Source: Zancudomyces culisetae HAW-14-8
Taxonomy: Eukaryota > Fungi > Kickxellomycota
Assembly (NCBI GenBank): GCA_052426225.1
Contig: JBNJNM010000021.1
Span: 2,790,001 to 2,854,000, forward strand
Length of the DNA stretch: 64,000 nucleotides
Direction: 5' to 3'
The position numbers were made by a program, and so were the translations under genes. The notes beneath the pieces are model-generated. The model saw nothing but the letters and a program-made list of their open reading frames with translations. It was not told where the DNA came from and made no database searches. Positions 22,122-34,320 of the stretch are shown here, one piece after another; the first letter of the stretch is position 1; each line of letters begins with the position of its first letter.

Positions 22122-25100
22122 ATGAATACCAAATATAACGGCAACAACCTTTTCAACAAACTTCCGTCAAGTATTCTGTCAAAGATATTTGTACTCGCCC
22201 AGAACCCTCAACTATCGCTGTTGAACAAAAATATGTACTATACTTCACAACAAGTGAGCACTGCTAGCAAGTACATTGTTAACCATATCTTATCAAGTAT
22301 CAGATTTAGTTTTGAATGGAGGTTAGAGAACATACTCAACAGATACACAAGAATAAGAATGAATGAAGCTATTGGGGCGTTGGTTTTGAGAAAAATCAAG
22401 AGTTTGGACTACGAAACCGCTCTAAGATTGGCATTTAAGTACAGATGGAAGAATGTGTTAAATAAACTGCTTAAGATGTATGTAGTAGTTGATGAGAGTA
22501 CTTCTGCGGTTGTACACATGAATACTATATTTATGAACGAGGATGAATACCTAGATATTGATATTGGAAAATACATTTCACAGAGTAATGAACCACAAAA
22601 AGAGGAAACAGACATCAGAGTTTTTGATTCTATTTATATCGCACCAATAATAACCAAAATCGATGCATCAGACATTTTGAGGTGCGAAATGTTAGAAATT
22701 GTTGGGGAAAGTGATGTCCAAATGCTAATAGATATCTGTAACGCTAGGCTTGAGTTTCCTCCAGATATATCTAGCTCTGTTGGAAGAGATGTTAGATGCA
22801 TTGATAACAAATTTATGACATGCTGTATGTTGACTGCAGCACGTAGAGTTTGCGGGCTAAACAACCTTGGATGGCTAAAAAGAATTTTGGATTTCGAATT
22901 CAACGTTAATTTTCCTTTCCAGGTGCTAGAATCGATTGTTAATATAAATGATGTGCCGCTAGATGAAGGATTAAGTGAGTTTATTCGGGAATATGGATAT
23001 GACCAAGAGAATGATTTGTTTAACTATACGATCTGTGTATATTATTCAATTGAGTTGGATAGGAAAGAATCGATAAGTTTCCTTGAGGAGAATTACTCTA
23101 GCGGTAGACACGCACAAATATTTTTCGATGCAGCCGTATTTCACAGAAGAGAAAGCTTATTCAAGAAATATCTTTCCAAAGTTAAGTTGAACTCTGAAAA
23201 TATTAGAAAAGTAACAGAAATGGTGTGCAAATGTGGTAAACTCGATTTCATAAGAATCCTTTTAAACCTCAGTGATAAACTGGAGGGAGAATTAGATGAA
23301 AATGCACTATTAATATCTATAATAAAAAAAGACTATGAATTAGTACACGATGTTATCAGCAAATATCCAAATACGATAAGTGATTACTGTGTAAACGAGG
23401 CGATGAGAACCGGTGATGTTAGAATTGCCAAATTACTTACCGAAGCTAGAGCGAATTTAAAATCACTTGAACTTAGGGGAATAGAAGATGTGATCGATAA
23501 TAAAGATATAAAAATACTACGTTTGTTATTGGAAAAATGGTGCCACTGTTGGCCAGCAGATCAAAATGTTATTGAAAAGCTGTGTAGTATCAAAAATTAT
23601 GAAATAGCTGAACGGTTATTAAAGCTCTCGAATATAGATAATACTGAAATGAAAACTCCAGGAAGCCAGGACAAGGTTGGAAAGAAACTGAAATTTGGTA
23701 AAATAATGCTGTGTCTTATTGGGGCTTGTCATGGTTATGATCAACATAATTCTGATAATAATATTGATTTTGAGAATTTTCATAAGCATATGGGTTTGTA
23801 CGAAAGAGTAATGTCAATTATGAATTCAAAGAAAAATGATGTTGTCGATACTTGTATACTATATTTTTCAAACCCTTCACATGACTTATATGTTAATCCG
23901 GTTAAAAAAGGTTGTTATGATAACCTAGTTGAAACCATTGAATATATTGTTGAAAATGATCTGCAAAGCACATTCGAAGACACTGAAAATAATAAAACTA
24001 GCGATTCAGGATACGGAGATGATGTAGAAATTTTGAATGATAGACATTACGAGCTGGCAAAGTTAGAATTGGTCAACCGAAACTTCGAATTACTGAAATT
24101 GCTGACAGAACATGGAATGAATATCAGTTCAGCTGGTAGTCTAATTTTGAAAACAGCATATAAATCAGGTGACATTGGTTGGATTAACTACTTTATCAGC
24201 AAAGGTGCAAAACTAAAAGGAGGGTCGGATGGGTTTGACGAGGCCTGTAAATCAAATAGCATCGAGGTGTTACAACACTGGATAAAGAATGGAGGTGTGG
24301 TACCCAAGAATCCAGAATATCCTTGTATCAATATGGCCTGTCTATTGGGTAATTTTGATATGGTTAAACTGCTGGTAGAAAATGGAGTTGATTTGAGTGA
24401 CCCAGGACGGAATGGAGTAAGGATTGCATGTAGATTGGGTCTCAGAAGAACATTAGAATATCTTTTAGATAAGAACAGTACTCTAGGGAATGTCTGTAAA
24501 TACGAACTAGCGCGTGCGTGTATAATTGAGGACGTTCGGTTGGTAAAGATCATTCTTGAGCATTATGATGGTTTGGGAGTATTGGAAAAAAGGGAAAACA
24601 CAGAGTCGAATGAGGGAAATGAATTAAAAAATAGTTCATTTTTTGAGTCACAAAAACACTGATGGTATCGAAGAATACAGGATTACTAAAATATTGCTTG
24701 AAAAGGGTGAGCCTATCCAGAATAGCGATCTGTTTGATGGAGTAATAGCAGCAGCTATTGTAACCAATATTGAAATATTGAAACTGCTGCTCTCTTACAA
24801 GTTTGATTCCAACATTGCATCTAAAATACTGAAATATGCTGTGCAATTGGAAAATATTGATGTGGTAAAGGCGCTTTTGGAGAATGGTTTAAGCACTAAG
24901 GATGACTCTAACATTATAAATGTAGCACTCCAAGTAAAAAACACTCAACTTATTAAATTACTTTTGGAACATGGAGCACAAATGAATGCACTTTCATATG
25001 GTCTTGCAGAAAAATCTGGTCTGGATGATGTTGAAACACTACAGTTATTATTTAAAAGACGTCCTGATTTTGTGAGCTATTCATTTTTACTTCAAAATGC

Positions 25101-25537
25101 TATTCAAAAAAACAAGATTAAGACGGTTAAGCTTCTTTTGGGGTATATCAGTACACTTGCAAATAGTTTTTTCAATTTCATTCTAGATGCATGTATTACC
25201 AATAACCCGAATATTCTAAAGTTGTTATTTGAAAAGGGTGCACGAATACAAAAGGGACAAAGTAGTGGATAATCGAGGCTTGCAAAAAAACAATCTAGAA
25301 ATACTGAAACTCCTATTGGAAAGAGACCCTAATCTGGTATTAAAAAAGAATTATGGACTGAAGGAGGCCATTGACCACAAAAATGCGAAGATGATCAAGC
25401 TGTTGATTAAGTATGGTGCTGATGCTAGTACTCACAGGAAATCAATCATTGAGGTTGCGAACGAACTAAATGACCGAAACTTGGCTGAATACTGTCAGAA
25501 AGAGATGAAGGAATTAAAAAAAATGAAACTATCATAG
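22122..25537 (+). CDS. Large (~1130 aa) ankyrin-repeat protein with an N-terminal F-box-like motif; broken by frameshifts near 24640 and 25270
   Basis: N-terminal LFNKLPSSILSKIFVLAQNPQLSLLNK. Many ankyrin repeats, e.g. CINMACLLGNFDMVKLLVENGVD, AVQLENIDVVKALLENG and AIDHKNAKMIKLLIKYGAD. Three consecutive ORFs are collinear with the paralog at 30730. Confidence 0.8.
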
Positions 25538-25591
25538 CTATATAAACACCACTAGTTATTCTATCGGTCTTTTTTTCTGGTTGTGTGTAGT

Positions 25592-25690
25592 CTTGAACCA
25601 ACGTTCAGTGGGTATGGATTTCATAGCATAGACAGAAAGTAATTGGGTAGGTAGATATTATTTCGGATTACTTTTTTGTAGTTTTATGTG
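25592..25690 (+). repeat. Dispersed repeat copy B (CTTGAACCAAC..GTGGGTAT..TTGG-TAG)
   Basis: Aligns by eye with 21711, 27887 and 47878. Confidence 0.7.
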
Positions 25691-26499
25691 GTATTAATTT
25701 GATAAACCCATCTAGCAAAGAATATAGATTAACCTTGTAAATACAGAATAAAGTACTACATGTACCAAAATCGGACCATCATAAAACATCACAACAATTG
25801 CCATTCTTTTCAACATCGACCAAATGTGTTGTATTAATTGACTATCATGCTTACGCTGAGGTGTGTGGCACATATCATACCACCTGACTGGTATGTGCTC
25901 TTGGCAGATAAAACCAAACCATAAAAAAAACAGCTCATCTTATACAACTACCAACCATGAAAGGCCTAAAAATTTCCAACGCACTATTCAGTAGATCTAT
26001 TCGTTTTATTTGGTTTTTATTTGCTCTAAGAAATGAATATTACATGGCTTTCGGTTTTGATGATTCTCAAGATATATTTTCCCTTCACTTGGCATCTAAT
26101 TTTGGTCAGGTTGTTTATTTTGCCAACAAATATTCAGTATAATCTACATAAATTACTCGCAAATAATCTACAAAGATGGATATTCTACAATCTACACCAA
26201 ATATTTCTTGGAATTGAGATTTGATTGCTTGAAAATACAAAGAAAAATACATTCCAATATTTCTGATAAATGGAACAAAGATGGTAAATACAATATTCAA
26301 CAGTGTTTATGGTTTCATCAAGTTTTATTCTTTTCCATTTTTAATCAGCAGTGAAGTATAGGTGGAATTGATTCATGGGTATATAGGAAATACTATATAA
26401 ACAGAGCAGCTTCATCATTAAAATACATAATTACACTTATTCTTAACTCCTTTTAACAATCGACAAATACAAGGCTAATATATAATAATAACAATAACA

Positions 26500-27564
26500 A
26501 TGAAATTAAACAACAAATCACTTTGTAAACATATCGTTACAGCACTTTCACTTGGAGGTATTGCAGCTGTACAAGCTTCCTCAGTTGATAATATAGACAC
26601 CAATATTGACATGTCACAGAGCGGAGATGGTGAACTAAGTAACAATGCGAGAATCCTAAATGGGGAACCAGCAAAGAGAGAAGATTTTCCATATATTGGA
26701 AGAATGAAAGTGTACGTGGAAGGTGGTTACATAGTATGTAGTGCTTCACTAATATCTAACCAAATAGCAGTAACTGCAGCTAGCTGTTATATAGACAAGG
26801 AAGGCAAATTAGTGCAAGATCCTAAGCCAACATATATTTTCATTGGTATTGGAACAACAAAATACATTCGCGGTATTGATTATCCAACACGTAAAGTACA
26901 TATTCATTCCGAGTTTTCTCCCGAGTCATTGGAAAATGATATAGCAGTTATCGAATTATATTCTCCAGTATTAAAAGATATTTTCGCACCAGTAGCGATA
27001 TACAGTGGAAATGTAACGGATGATATGAATTTGGTCACAGCAGGTTGGGGCTTCACTTCAGCTGGGCCACCAGGTTTAGCAAATAATGAACTAAGCACAG
27101 CTATACAATCACCCTCTTCTTCGGATGTTTGTAAAGACATCAATAATATTTGGTCGGACAACAACAAAAATCTAGTTTGTACATTAGTAAAGGATGGTAA
27201 AAGTTTGGCGTATGATGATGGTGGAAACCCCTTGGCGTACATGGATAATGGAGCTAATTTACTTGTTGGTGTTGCGAGTAACATAGGTAGATCTGAGAGT
27301 GGTGCTGATATTCGTCCAGAAAGTGCTGTTACGAACTATTATACCCACGTATACAGCTACATTGACTGGATTGTAAATGTCACAGGACTTGAAAAACCGT
27401 ACCTATTGAATACTGCTGCTCGACCCTCGCCTAATTACTCAACAATTACTGGTATACTAACCAATGGACGTTTTAGTGGCTCGGATTCTACCTCGACTAT
27501 TTTGCAAAACATTGGATTTAAATTAGTGATACTCTTTTCATCGGTATTGGTTTTACTATTTTAG
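26500..27564 (+). CDS. Secreted, probably GPI-anchored, catalytically inactive trypsin-fold (S1) serine protease homologue
   Basis: Signal peptide, R|ILNG activation motif, TAASC (His57 to Ser), NDIAV (Asp102 kept), GWG, and SLAYDDGGNPL (Ser195 to Gly). S/T-rich linker and hydrophobic C-terminal tail. TATATAAA at 26394-26401. Confidence 0.9.
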   Translation: MKLNNKSLCKHIVTALSLGGIAAVQASSVDNIDTNIDMSQSGDGELSNNARILNGEPAKREDFPYIGRMKVYVEGGYIVCSASLISNQIAVTAASCYIDKEGKLVQDPKPTYIFIGIGTTKYIRGIDYPTRKVHIHSEFSPESLENDIAVIELYSPVLKDIFAPVAIYSGNVTDDMNLVTAGWGFTSAGPPGLANNELSTAIQSPSSSDVCKDINNIWSDNNKNLVCTLVKDGKSLAYDDGGNPLAYMDNGANLLVGVASNIGRSESGADIRPESAVTNYYTHVYSYIDWIVNVTGLEKPYLLNTAARPSPNYSTITGILTNGRFSGSDSTSTILQNIGFKLVILFSSVLVLLF

Positions 27565-27886
27565 ATCTGTTTATGACTTTCTTGATCTATGTGTTAATGT
27601 ATAATTAGTTTACAGGTGGCATATCTTAATATATTTGTTAATACCAAAAAAAAATGAATCGATTTTCACTCACTAATAATTTACTTTGTGTCTCGCCTAT
27701 TGAAATAAGTTGTTAAAAGAGTAGGGAATTGTTTGTAAGAATTGTTATGCTAAATAGCGAGCAAGGTGGGACATAATATTTATGAATTAAGAAGGTACCA
27801 GGTAGCTGTATGTCTGGATTAAACAGCTAAATACTGCCTATGCCGTCTAATCCACCAATTTCCTCGCTTAAATAAAATACCTTTTC

Positions 27887-27990
27887 CCTGAACCAACACC
27901 CAGTGGGTATCGAGTTCATCGTGGATGACAAACGAAGGAGAGTTGGTCAGATAGGTGCTGTGATGAATTTTTAAACGTAGTTTTATTCGT
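27887..27990 (+). repeat. Dispersed repeat copy C
   Basis: cctgaaccaacacccagtgggtatcg...gttggtcagatagg aligns with copies A, B and D. Confidence 0.7.
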
Positions 27991-28654
27991 AATTTATTAT
28001 TAAAGCATCGCGAAAAAAAAGTTAGCAGAAGAAATATTAATGCCTGAGTTTAGTTTGGAATATGCGAGTGTAAAAAAGCAGAGTTATTTTATAAAACTTG
28101 TAACAAGTAAAAAAAATGAAATGGAGAATAAAGTGCTGTGATGTTTTCTAAAAAGTAGCGAATAGCAGAATCAGCGCAACTAGAAAATAAGAGATAGAGA
28201 GAGGAGAAATGGCAGTGGGAAATCTCGTGACAGAATCATAAAGAAGCTAAAAACAAATCAATTAAAAAATTAGTGGATCCATTTTTGCTATTGGGTAATG
28301 GGATGGGTTTTGTAAATGCAATTTTAACGAATATAACAAAAAAAGAGAAGTGTATCTAAATGATTTATAATCATATACTCTTGAGTATAGGCAAAAGTAA
28401 CTCGGATGTGTAATGCACTTTTCAAGTGTATAAGTTCCTGTTTTTATAAAAATACAATCCAAGCCTTGAGTATGTACAAAGAAAACCAGAACTCAAGAAA
28501 AAAGTATAAATAGTCCACAACTTTTCTCAAAAAAGACAAGAAAATATCAATCATAAAACCACATAGTATTCCATACTAAATACAAAAAAAAAAAGCAATA
28601 ATACCAATAAGGTTGACTAATAAACCAATACAAACCAGAATAAATAAATCAAAG

Positions 28655-29050
28655 ATGAGTTCATGCGACAAGAAGGCCTGCTACAACAAAGATATTGGAG
28701 AGTGCAGAGATGCTCCCGGAGGTCGGTGTTCATGTGAGGCTGGAAATTGTGAATGCTGCTGCAAGAAGGGACAAGGTTGTTCAGCCACCTCTGAAGGAAA
28801 ATGCTGTTGTGAATCTGAAAAGTGCAACTGTGCTGAAAATAAGAAAGCCAGTACCTGTTGTAGGTGTTCAGTAGGTAAAAAGTGTATCTGCAGGGAGAAT
28901 GAGTGCAAGTGCGAAGGAAAAAGTATATGTCAGTGCAGAGATGGTAAAGGTTGTACATGTGGAGGACCATGTAAGTGTGAACAAGCAACCTGTGAATGCA
29001 AGGGGGATAAAAGTGAGAAATGCCACTGTGAATCTGGATGTAAATGCTAA
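28655..29050 (+). CDS. Long metallothionein-like Cys-rich protein (131 aa, 34 Cys)
   Basis: ATG at 28655 in an A-rich context with TATAAA at 28505-28510. CxC, CC and CCC clusters, K/G/E/S rich, one aromatic residue, no signal peptide, ends in CKC. Confidence 0.85.
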   Translation: MSSCDKKACYNKDIGECRDAPGGRCSCEAGNCECCCKKGQGCSATSEGKCCCESEKCNCAENKKASTCCRCSVGKKCICRENECKCEGKSICQCRDGKGCTCGGPCKCEQATCECKGDKSEKCHCESGCKC

Positions 29051-30729
29051 GAATTAGTGGAGTAGTCATACTGTATGTCCCACAGTACATATTTGTAGTT
29101 GGGATAATCACTACTTTTAATTTGATATCATTAACAGATTCATACTTTTTTGTAACTGGTGAGAAGAACAGACAGTTAGTAATAAAACCAAGACCATTTT
29201 ACTCTGAGATCTTGATGTTTTTTTGTTTATTATTTATTAGCATACTCTTGCATTTTACCATAACCTGTGTAGTATTATAGTTTTAGGGTTATTCTATTCT
29301 CCAGAAATAAATAAATAAGTACTATAACTAATATTTTTTGAAATATGTAGTGTTAAATTGTGACGATTTTGATTCATTAAGAATAAAAGATCTCAAGAAT
29401 AGTCTGTCAAATGATAATAACAAAAAATACTAAAATAAGTAAATTCGCGTTGGATAATATATTGTCATTTAATCTCTAGATTTGTATATCTCTCACTCAA
29501 ACCTGGTTTTACAAACAACATCACCAAGAGCGTTTTTAGTAAATTATAATAATTTTGAACTATAAATATAATTAACAAATAACAGCTGTATAAATATTTG
29601 GGTACAATCTAGACTGTCTTGGTTACTCTATGTTGGAGGAGAGGTTTGCAAGCATAGTGACTCTCATCAGTAGCTGTACAAATCTATGTTCACCCTACCC
29701 TTATGCTAGATTAATGGGTTCAGCTAGCTTTTTTTTTCAATTCTGTGCCGATTCGATCAAAAATTTTAGCAATTTCAACTTATCGGACTCCACTATAATA
29801 TGTTTGGTGATTCATAAACAACCACAGTCTCTAGAGCTTACACCAGATATTTTGTAGGATTATTTCATATATATTTTTCCAGTACGAGACATTCTGGCTC
29901 GTTCTCTCTTTCCTAAAAATAGGTATTCTTTAATAAAAGAATACACATATAGAGGAAAAGTAAGGTTGTCTCTTTATTCTAGAATATCTCTAGATAAGAA
30001 AATAGATAGTGATTTGTTGGTCCTAGGTGTATTAATATCCCTTTCAACTGAAGGGACTCTGAGGCTGAGTTAATTATAAAAATTTCAGTCAACACATTGG
30101 CAGGATTATTGTTTATTAACTATTTAACATTTTTTTAGTGTCTTTTTAATCTGGGTTGTATTCATTAAGCTAATAAACTTTATAACTCAAAGTTTATGTA
30201 TTCTGTAGGAATATCATTAGGAAGTAAAACTGCAATGTATTTGGTTACTTTGATAGTTTTTTTAAACTGATTGAATGATTGTTGATCACTTGAAATATAG
30301 CACCACAGCCAGATACATTCAAACCACGAATTTACTATACATATCTAAGCTCAAATAATATATATTTTTCCAACATAGACATACAACTCTATCCTGAACC
30401 ATTCAATAAACAACTCAACAAAAACGACAGAGACGAAATAACCTATTTGTGCTTGGTGAAAGATGATGGACTGGAACAACTTTTTGCCCATTTAATGTGG
30501 TTTTTGATCCATTAACAAATCCATCTTGAAATCCACAAAAAAGCATAAATTACTGGACTGAAATTAATCCAGCTTTCTGGCTTGATGTATTAGCCGTGAA
30601 CGATATCCAATAATTAGACATCTTTTGTTGATTTTATTAAATTACGCAGCAAACAACACGTATTTGAATCTACTAGAAAACTAATTAAGCTTCAAGGAAA
30701 GGAATAAGAATAATTCAACTTAAGGCACA

Positions 30730-33700
30730 ATGAACTCCGAAAACAACAATAACAGCCTTTTCAACAAACTTTCGGTTAGTATCCTGTCAAAAGTATTTGT
30801 ACTTGCTCAGAATCCTCAACTATCACTTTTGAACAAAAATATGCATTACGCCTCACAACAGGTTGACACCATTAGCAAGTACATTGTTAAATACACTTTA
30901 TCTAACACGGAAACTAGTCTGGAGTATAACATAAGTACAATACTCGAGAATTACACCAGAATTAATATGGATGAAACCATTGGAATACTGGTATTTAGAA
31001 AAATCAAAAAAATAGACTATGAAATCGCTCTAGAGATGGCAATCAAGTACAAGTGGAAGAATGTGCTAAATAAATTACTCAGAATGTATGTAGTCATTGA
31101 TAGGAATACTTCAACTGTTGTATATAAGGATACTTTATTTATGAAGGAGTATGAATATCTAGATATTGATATTGGAAACATGTTTTCAGAAGAGAACGAT
31201 TTTCAAAGAGATTTTACTAACATCGACATTCCGAGAATCTTTATGTCAGACCAGTAATAACTACACACTCGAGTCTGCAAAGGTTATTAATCAAAATAAT
31301 TAGAAAGTTTAAGAAAGATGATGTTGAAGCGTTAATAGATAGTTGGGATAGTAAAATTGAGATTCCTACAGAATTTACAGGATCCGTTGTAACTGATGTT
31401 AAGTTTATTGATAGTAAGGCTATCAGATATTATATGCTCAGTATTGTGAAGAGATGCTGTAACTTGAACAGTCTGAATCAATGAAACGAATTTTAGATTT
31501 AGAGATCAACATAAAATTTTCATTTCAGGAATTGAAATCATATATCAGTTGTAATGATATTTTGGAATCAATCATACCAACTTACTTTATTAAGAAATAT
31601 GGATACAAAACCAAAATGGAGCTGTTGACTTATATTACATGCTCATACCATTCAATTGATCAGAATAAGAAGGAATTGATAAAATACCTTGAGAATAACT
31701 ACCCTGATACCAAATACCAACAAATATTGTTTGATGCAGCTATATACAATAGAAACGAGAGCTTGGTGAAGGAGTATTTTTTCAAAGTGGAATCAAACTC
31801 AGAAAATATTGGAAAGGTGACATCAATAGCGTGTTTATATGATAATCTCGATATCATTAGATCCCTTCTGAACAATAGTGATAAACTGAAGGGAGATTTA
31901 GATGAAAATGCGTTGAAAACAGCTATAAAAAAGAAAGACTACGAGCTAGTAAAAGATATTATCACTAAATATCCTAATGCTGCGAGTATTTCTTGTTTAG
32001 AGAAAGCAATGATCAATGGTCATGTGAGAATTATCAAACAACTTATAGAAGCTGGGATAGATTTAAAATCAAATGAATTTGAGGGAATAAAAATAGCGAT
32101 CAATATTAAAGATATAAATATGTTACAGTTATTGTTGGAAAACGGTACTCCGGTTGAACTAGTAGATGAAAATGATACTAAAGGGTTGTGTAGTATCAAA
32201 AATTGTAAAATAGCAAAACGACTATTAGAATTTTCTGATAAAGATAAAGTCAAATCCAAAATTCCAGAAAGCCAGGCTAAGGTTGGAACGAGACTGGAAT
32301 TTAACAAAATTATGCTGTGTCTTATCGAAGTTCTACGGTTTTATGATGCGTGTCAATCATATGATTCTTATGGATATGATTATTATTATTATTATGGCGA
32401 TTATGAAGATTTTGAATATGAAGAAAACGATTATATTCTTGATTTTGATGAGTTTTGTGAAAACCTGTATTTATACGAGGGAGTAATGGTATTTATGAGC
32501 TCAAAAAAAAAAGACATAGCCAACGCACTCGAGTTATACTTTGATGATCTTCCAAGATCTTATGAATTCAACGAAATTGATAGAATTTTATATGATAAGC
32601 TAGTTGAAATTATTGGATATGTCATTGAAAATAGATTACAAAGTACATTTGATGGTACTGAAAATGACGAAACTAACGGGTTGAGAAACGAAAACAATAT
32701 AGAAATTTTGAATGATAGACATTACGAGCTAGCAAAATTAGAACTGGTGAATCGAAACTTTGAAATGCTGAAATTATTGATAGAATATGGACTGGATGTT
32801 AATTCGCATCATAGTTTAATTTTGAAAACAGCATACAAAGCAGGTGATATTGACTGGATAGATTACTTTATCAGTAAAGGTGCAAAGCTAAAAGGAAAAT
32901 CAGATGGGTTTGAAGAAGCTTGTAAACCAGATAAGGTTGATGTGTTGAAATACTGGATAAACAATGGAGGTGTGGTGCCCAAAGATCCAGAATATGAGTG
33001 TATCAATATGGCCTGTCTATTGGGTAACTTTGATATGGTTAAACTGCTAGTAGAAAATGGAGTTGATTTGAGTTATTCAAAGACGAATGGAGTCAGGATT
33101 GCATGTAGATTGGATTTTAAGAGAGCACTGAAATACCTTTTGGATAATAATGCTACTATAGGTGTTCACCATCATGAATTAGTATATGCGTGTTTAACTG
33201 AGGATGTTGGATTGGTAAAAATGATTCTTGAATATTATGTTGGTTTGGGAGTATTGAAAAGAACATCCAATAGAAGCCCAAAAAAGGGGGGCGGGAAATC
33301 ACGATACAATATTACTAAAACCTATCTTGAAAGTAGTGAACCTACCTAAAATATCGATCTGTTTGATGTAATCAGGGCGGTAGCTAGAAAAAATAACATT
33401 GAGATACTGAAAATTGGGTTTCTAGCAGGAAACACAGAGTTGGTGAAGCTACTTTTGAGGAATGGATTTAGTATCAAACATAATGCCAATTTTTGGAATA
33501 TAGCATTTATTACCAAGGTGGTTGAAATGATCAGGTTTTTGTTGCAGTGTGGTGTAAAAGTAAAAGAAGATTTACACAATTCAGAGTGCTCTGTTCTAGA
33601 TTATAGTGAAAGATTACAATTAATACTAAATTGCTGTCCTGAGGTTGCTGATGGCCAATACGTTCTTCGAGATACTATCAAAAAAAAACAAGTTAGAGGT

Positions 33701-34095
33701 AGCTAAATTACTTTTGAAGGGTACTGCTTCCTTAAGCAATAGATGGCAGAATTATGTTCTTCAGGCATATAGTAGAAATAACCCTAATGTTCTAAAAATT
33801 TTATTAGAATGGGACAAAAATAGAAAAAAGAATTTTATAATGGAGTGATCCAGGCCTGTGAAATAATAATCTCGAAATATTGAGGCTCTTGTTGGAAAGA
33901 AATCCGAACTTGGTACTAAAGAAGGATTATGGTTTGAAGGAGGCTATTAAACATAAAAACATATAAATGATCAAATGGTAGATTAAGTATGGTGCTGATA
34001 CAGGTGAGTATATTGGATCAATCGTAAAAGCTGCAAACGACATTAATGATCACGAGTTGATTGAGTTTTGTCAAAATAAAGGCAGTGGAAATTAA
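30730..34095 (+). pseudogene. Full-length pseudogenised F-box-like/ankyrin paralog
   Basis: Collinear with 22122-25537 (e.g. NDRHYELAKLELVNRNFE and CINMACLLGNFDMVKLLVENGVDLS identical). At least 5 frameshifts plus two substitution stops (TAA 33964-33966, TAG 33979-33981). Confidence 0.85.
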
Positions 34096-34129
34096 TAACC
34101 AACAAAGTTGGGTATATTAATTGTTTAAC

Positions 34130-34320
34130 AGGAATTTTGTGATGCAAAAGTGGTAATATAAGGTTAAATCACGCAACTTATACCTTATTAATCAATATCT
34201 GGTGGATTTTAAGTGCAAGAAACAAATGAACATATTATTCTTGAATCTTTTCCAAAATTAAGAAAAACAAGAAGCGAGTATAGTAAAAGTGAAATGTTGA
34301 GAAATAGGTTAGATGAAGAT
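34130..34320 (+). mobile_element. Short remnant resembling the C-terminal CCHC region of a LINE ORF2
   Basis: VQETNEHIILESFPKLRKTR (~34213-34272) resembles the ETxEHxxxECxxxxxxR motif of non-LTR reverse transcriptase C-termini. Confidence 0.35.

Noticed and set aside
21711-27990. Recurring repeat considered as a CRISPR array or as LTR pairs
   Set aside because: Copies are kilobases apart, diverged and irregularly spaced, with no cas genes and no TG..CA termini. The context is eukaryotic.
28617-29111. 164-aa antisense ORF over the metallothionein-like gene
   Set aside because: Shadow of the TGT/TGC-rich sense ORF. The TATA box and start context support the + strand gene.
29400-30100. Possible LTR-retrotransposon gag remnant on the minus strand
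   Set aside because: Only vague similarity, with no LTR, PBS or catalytic motif visible.
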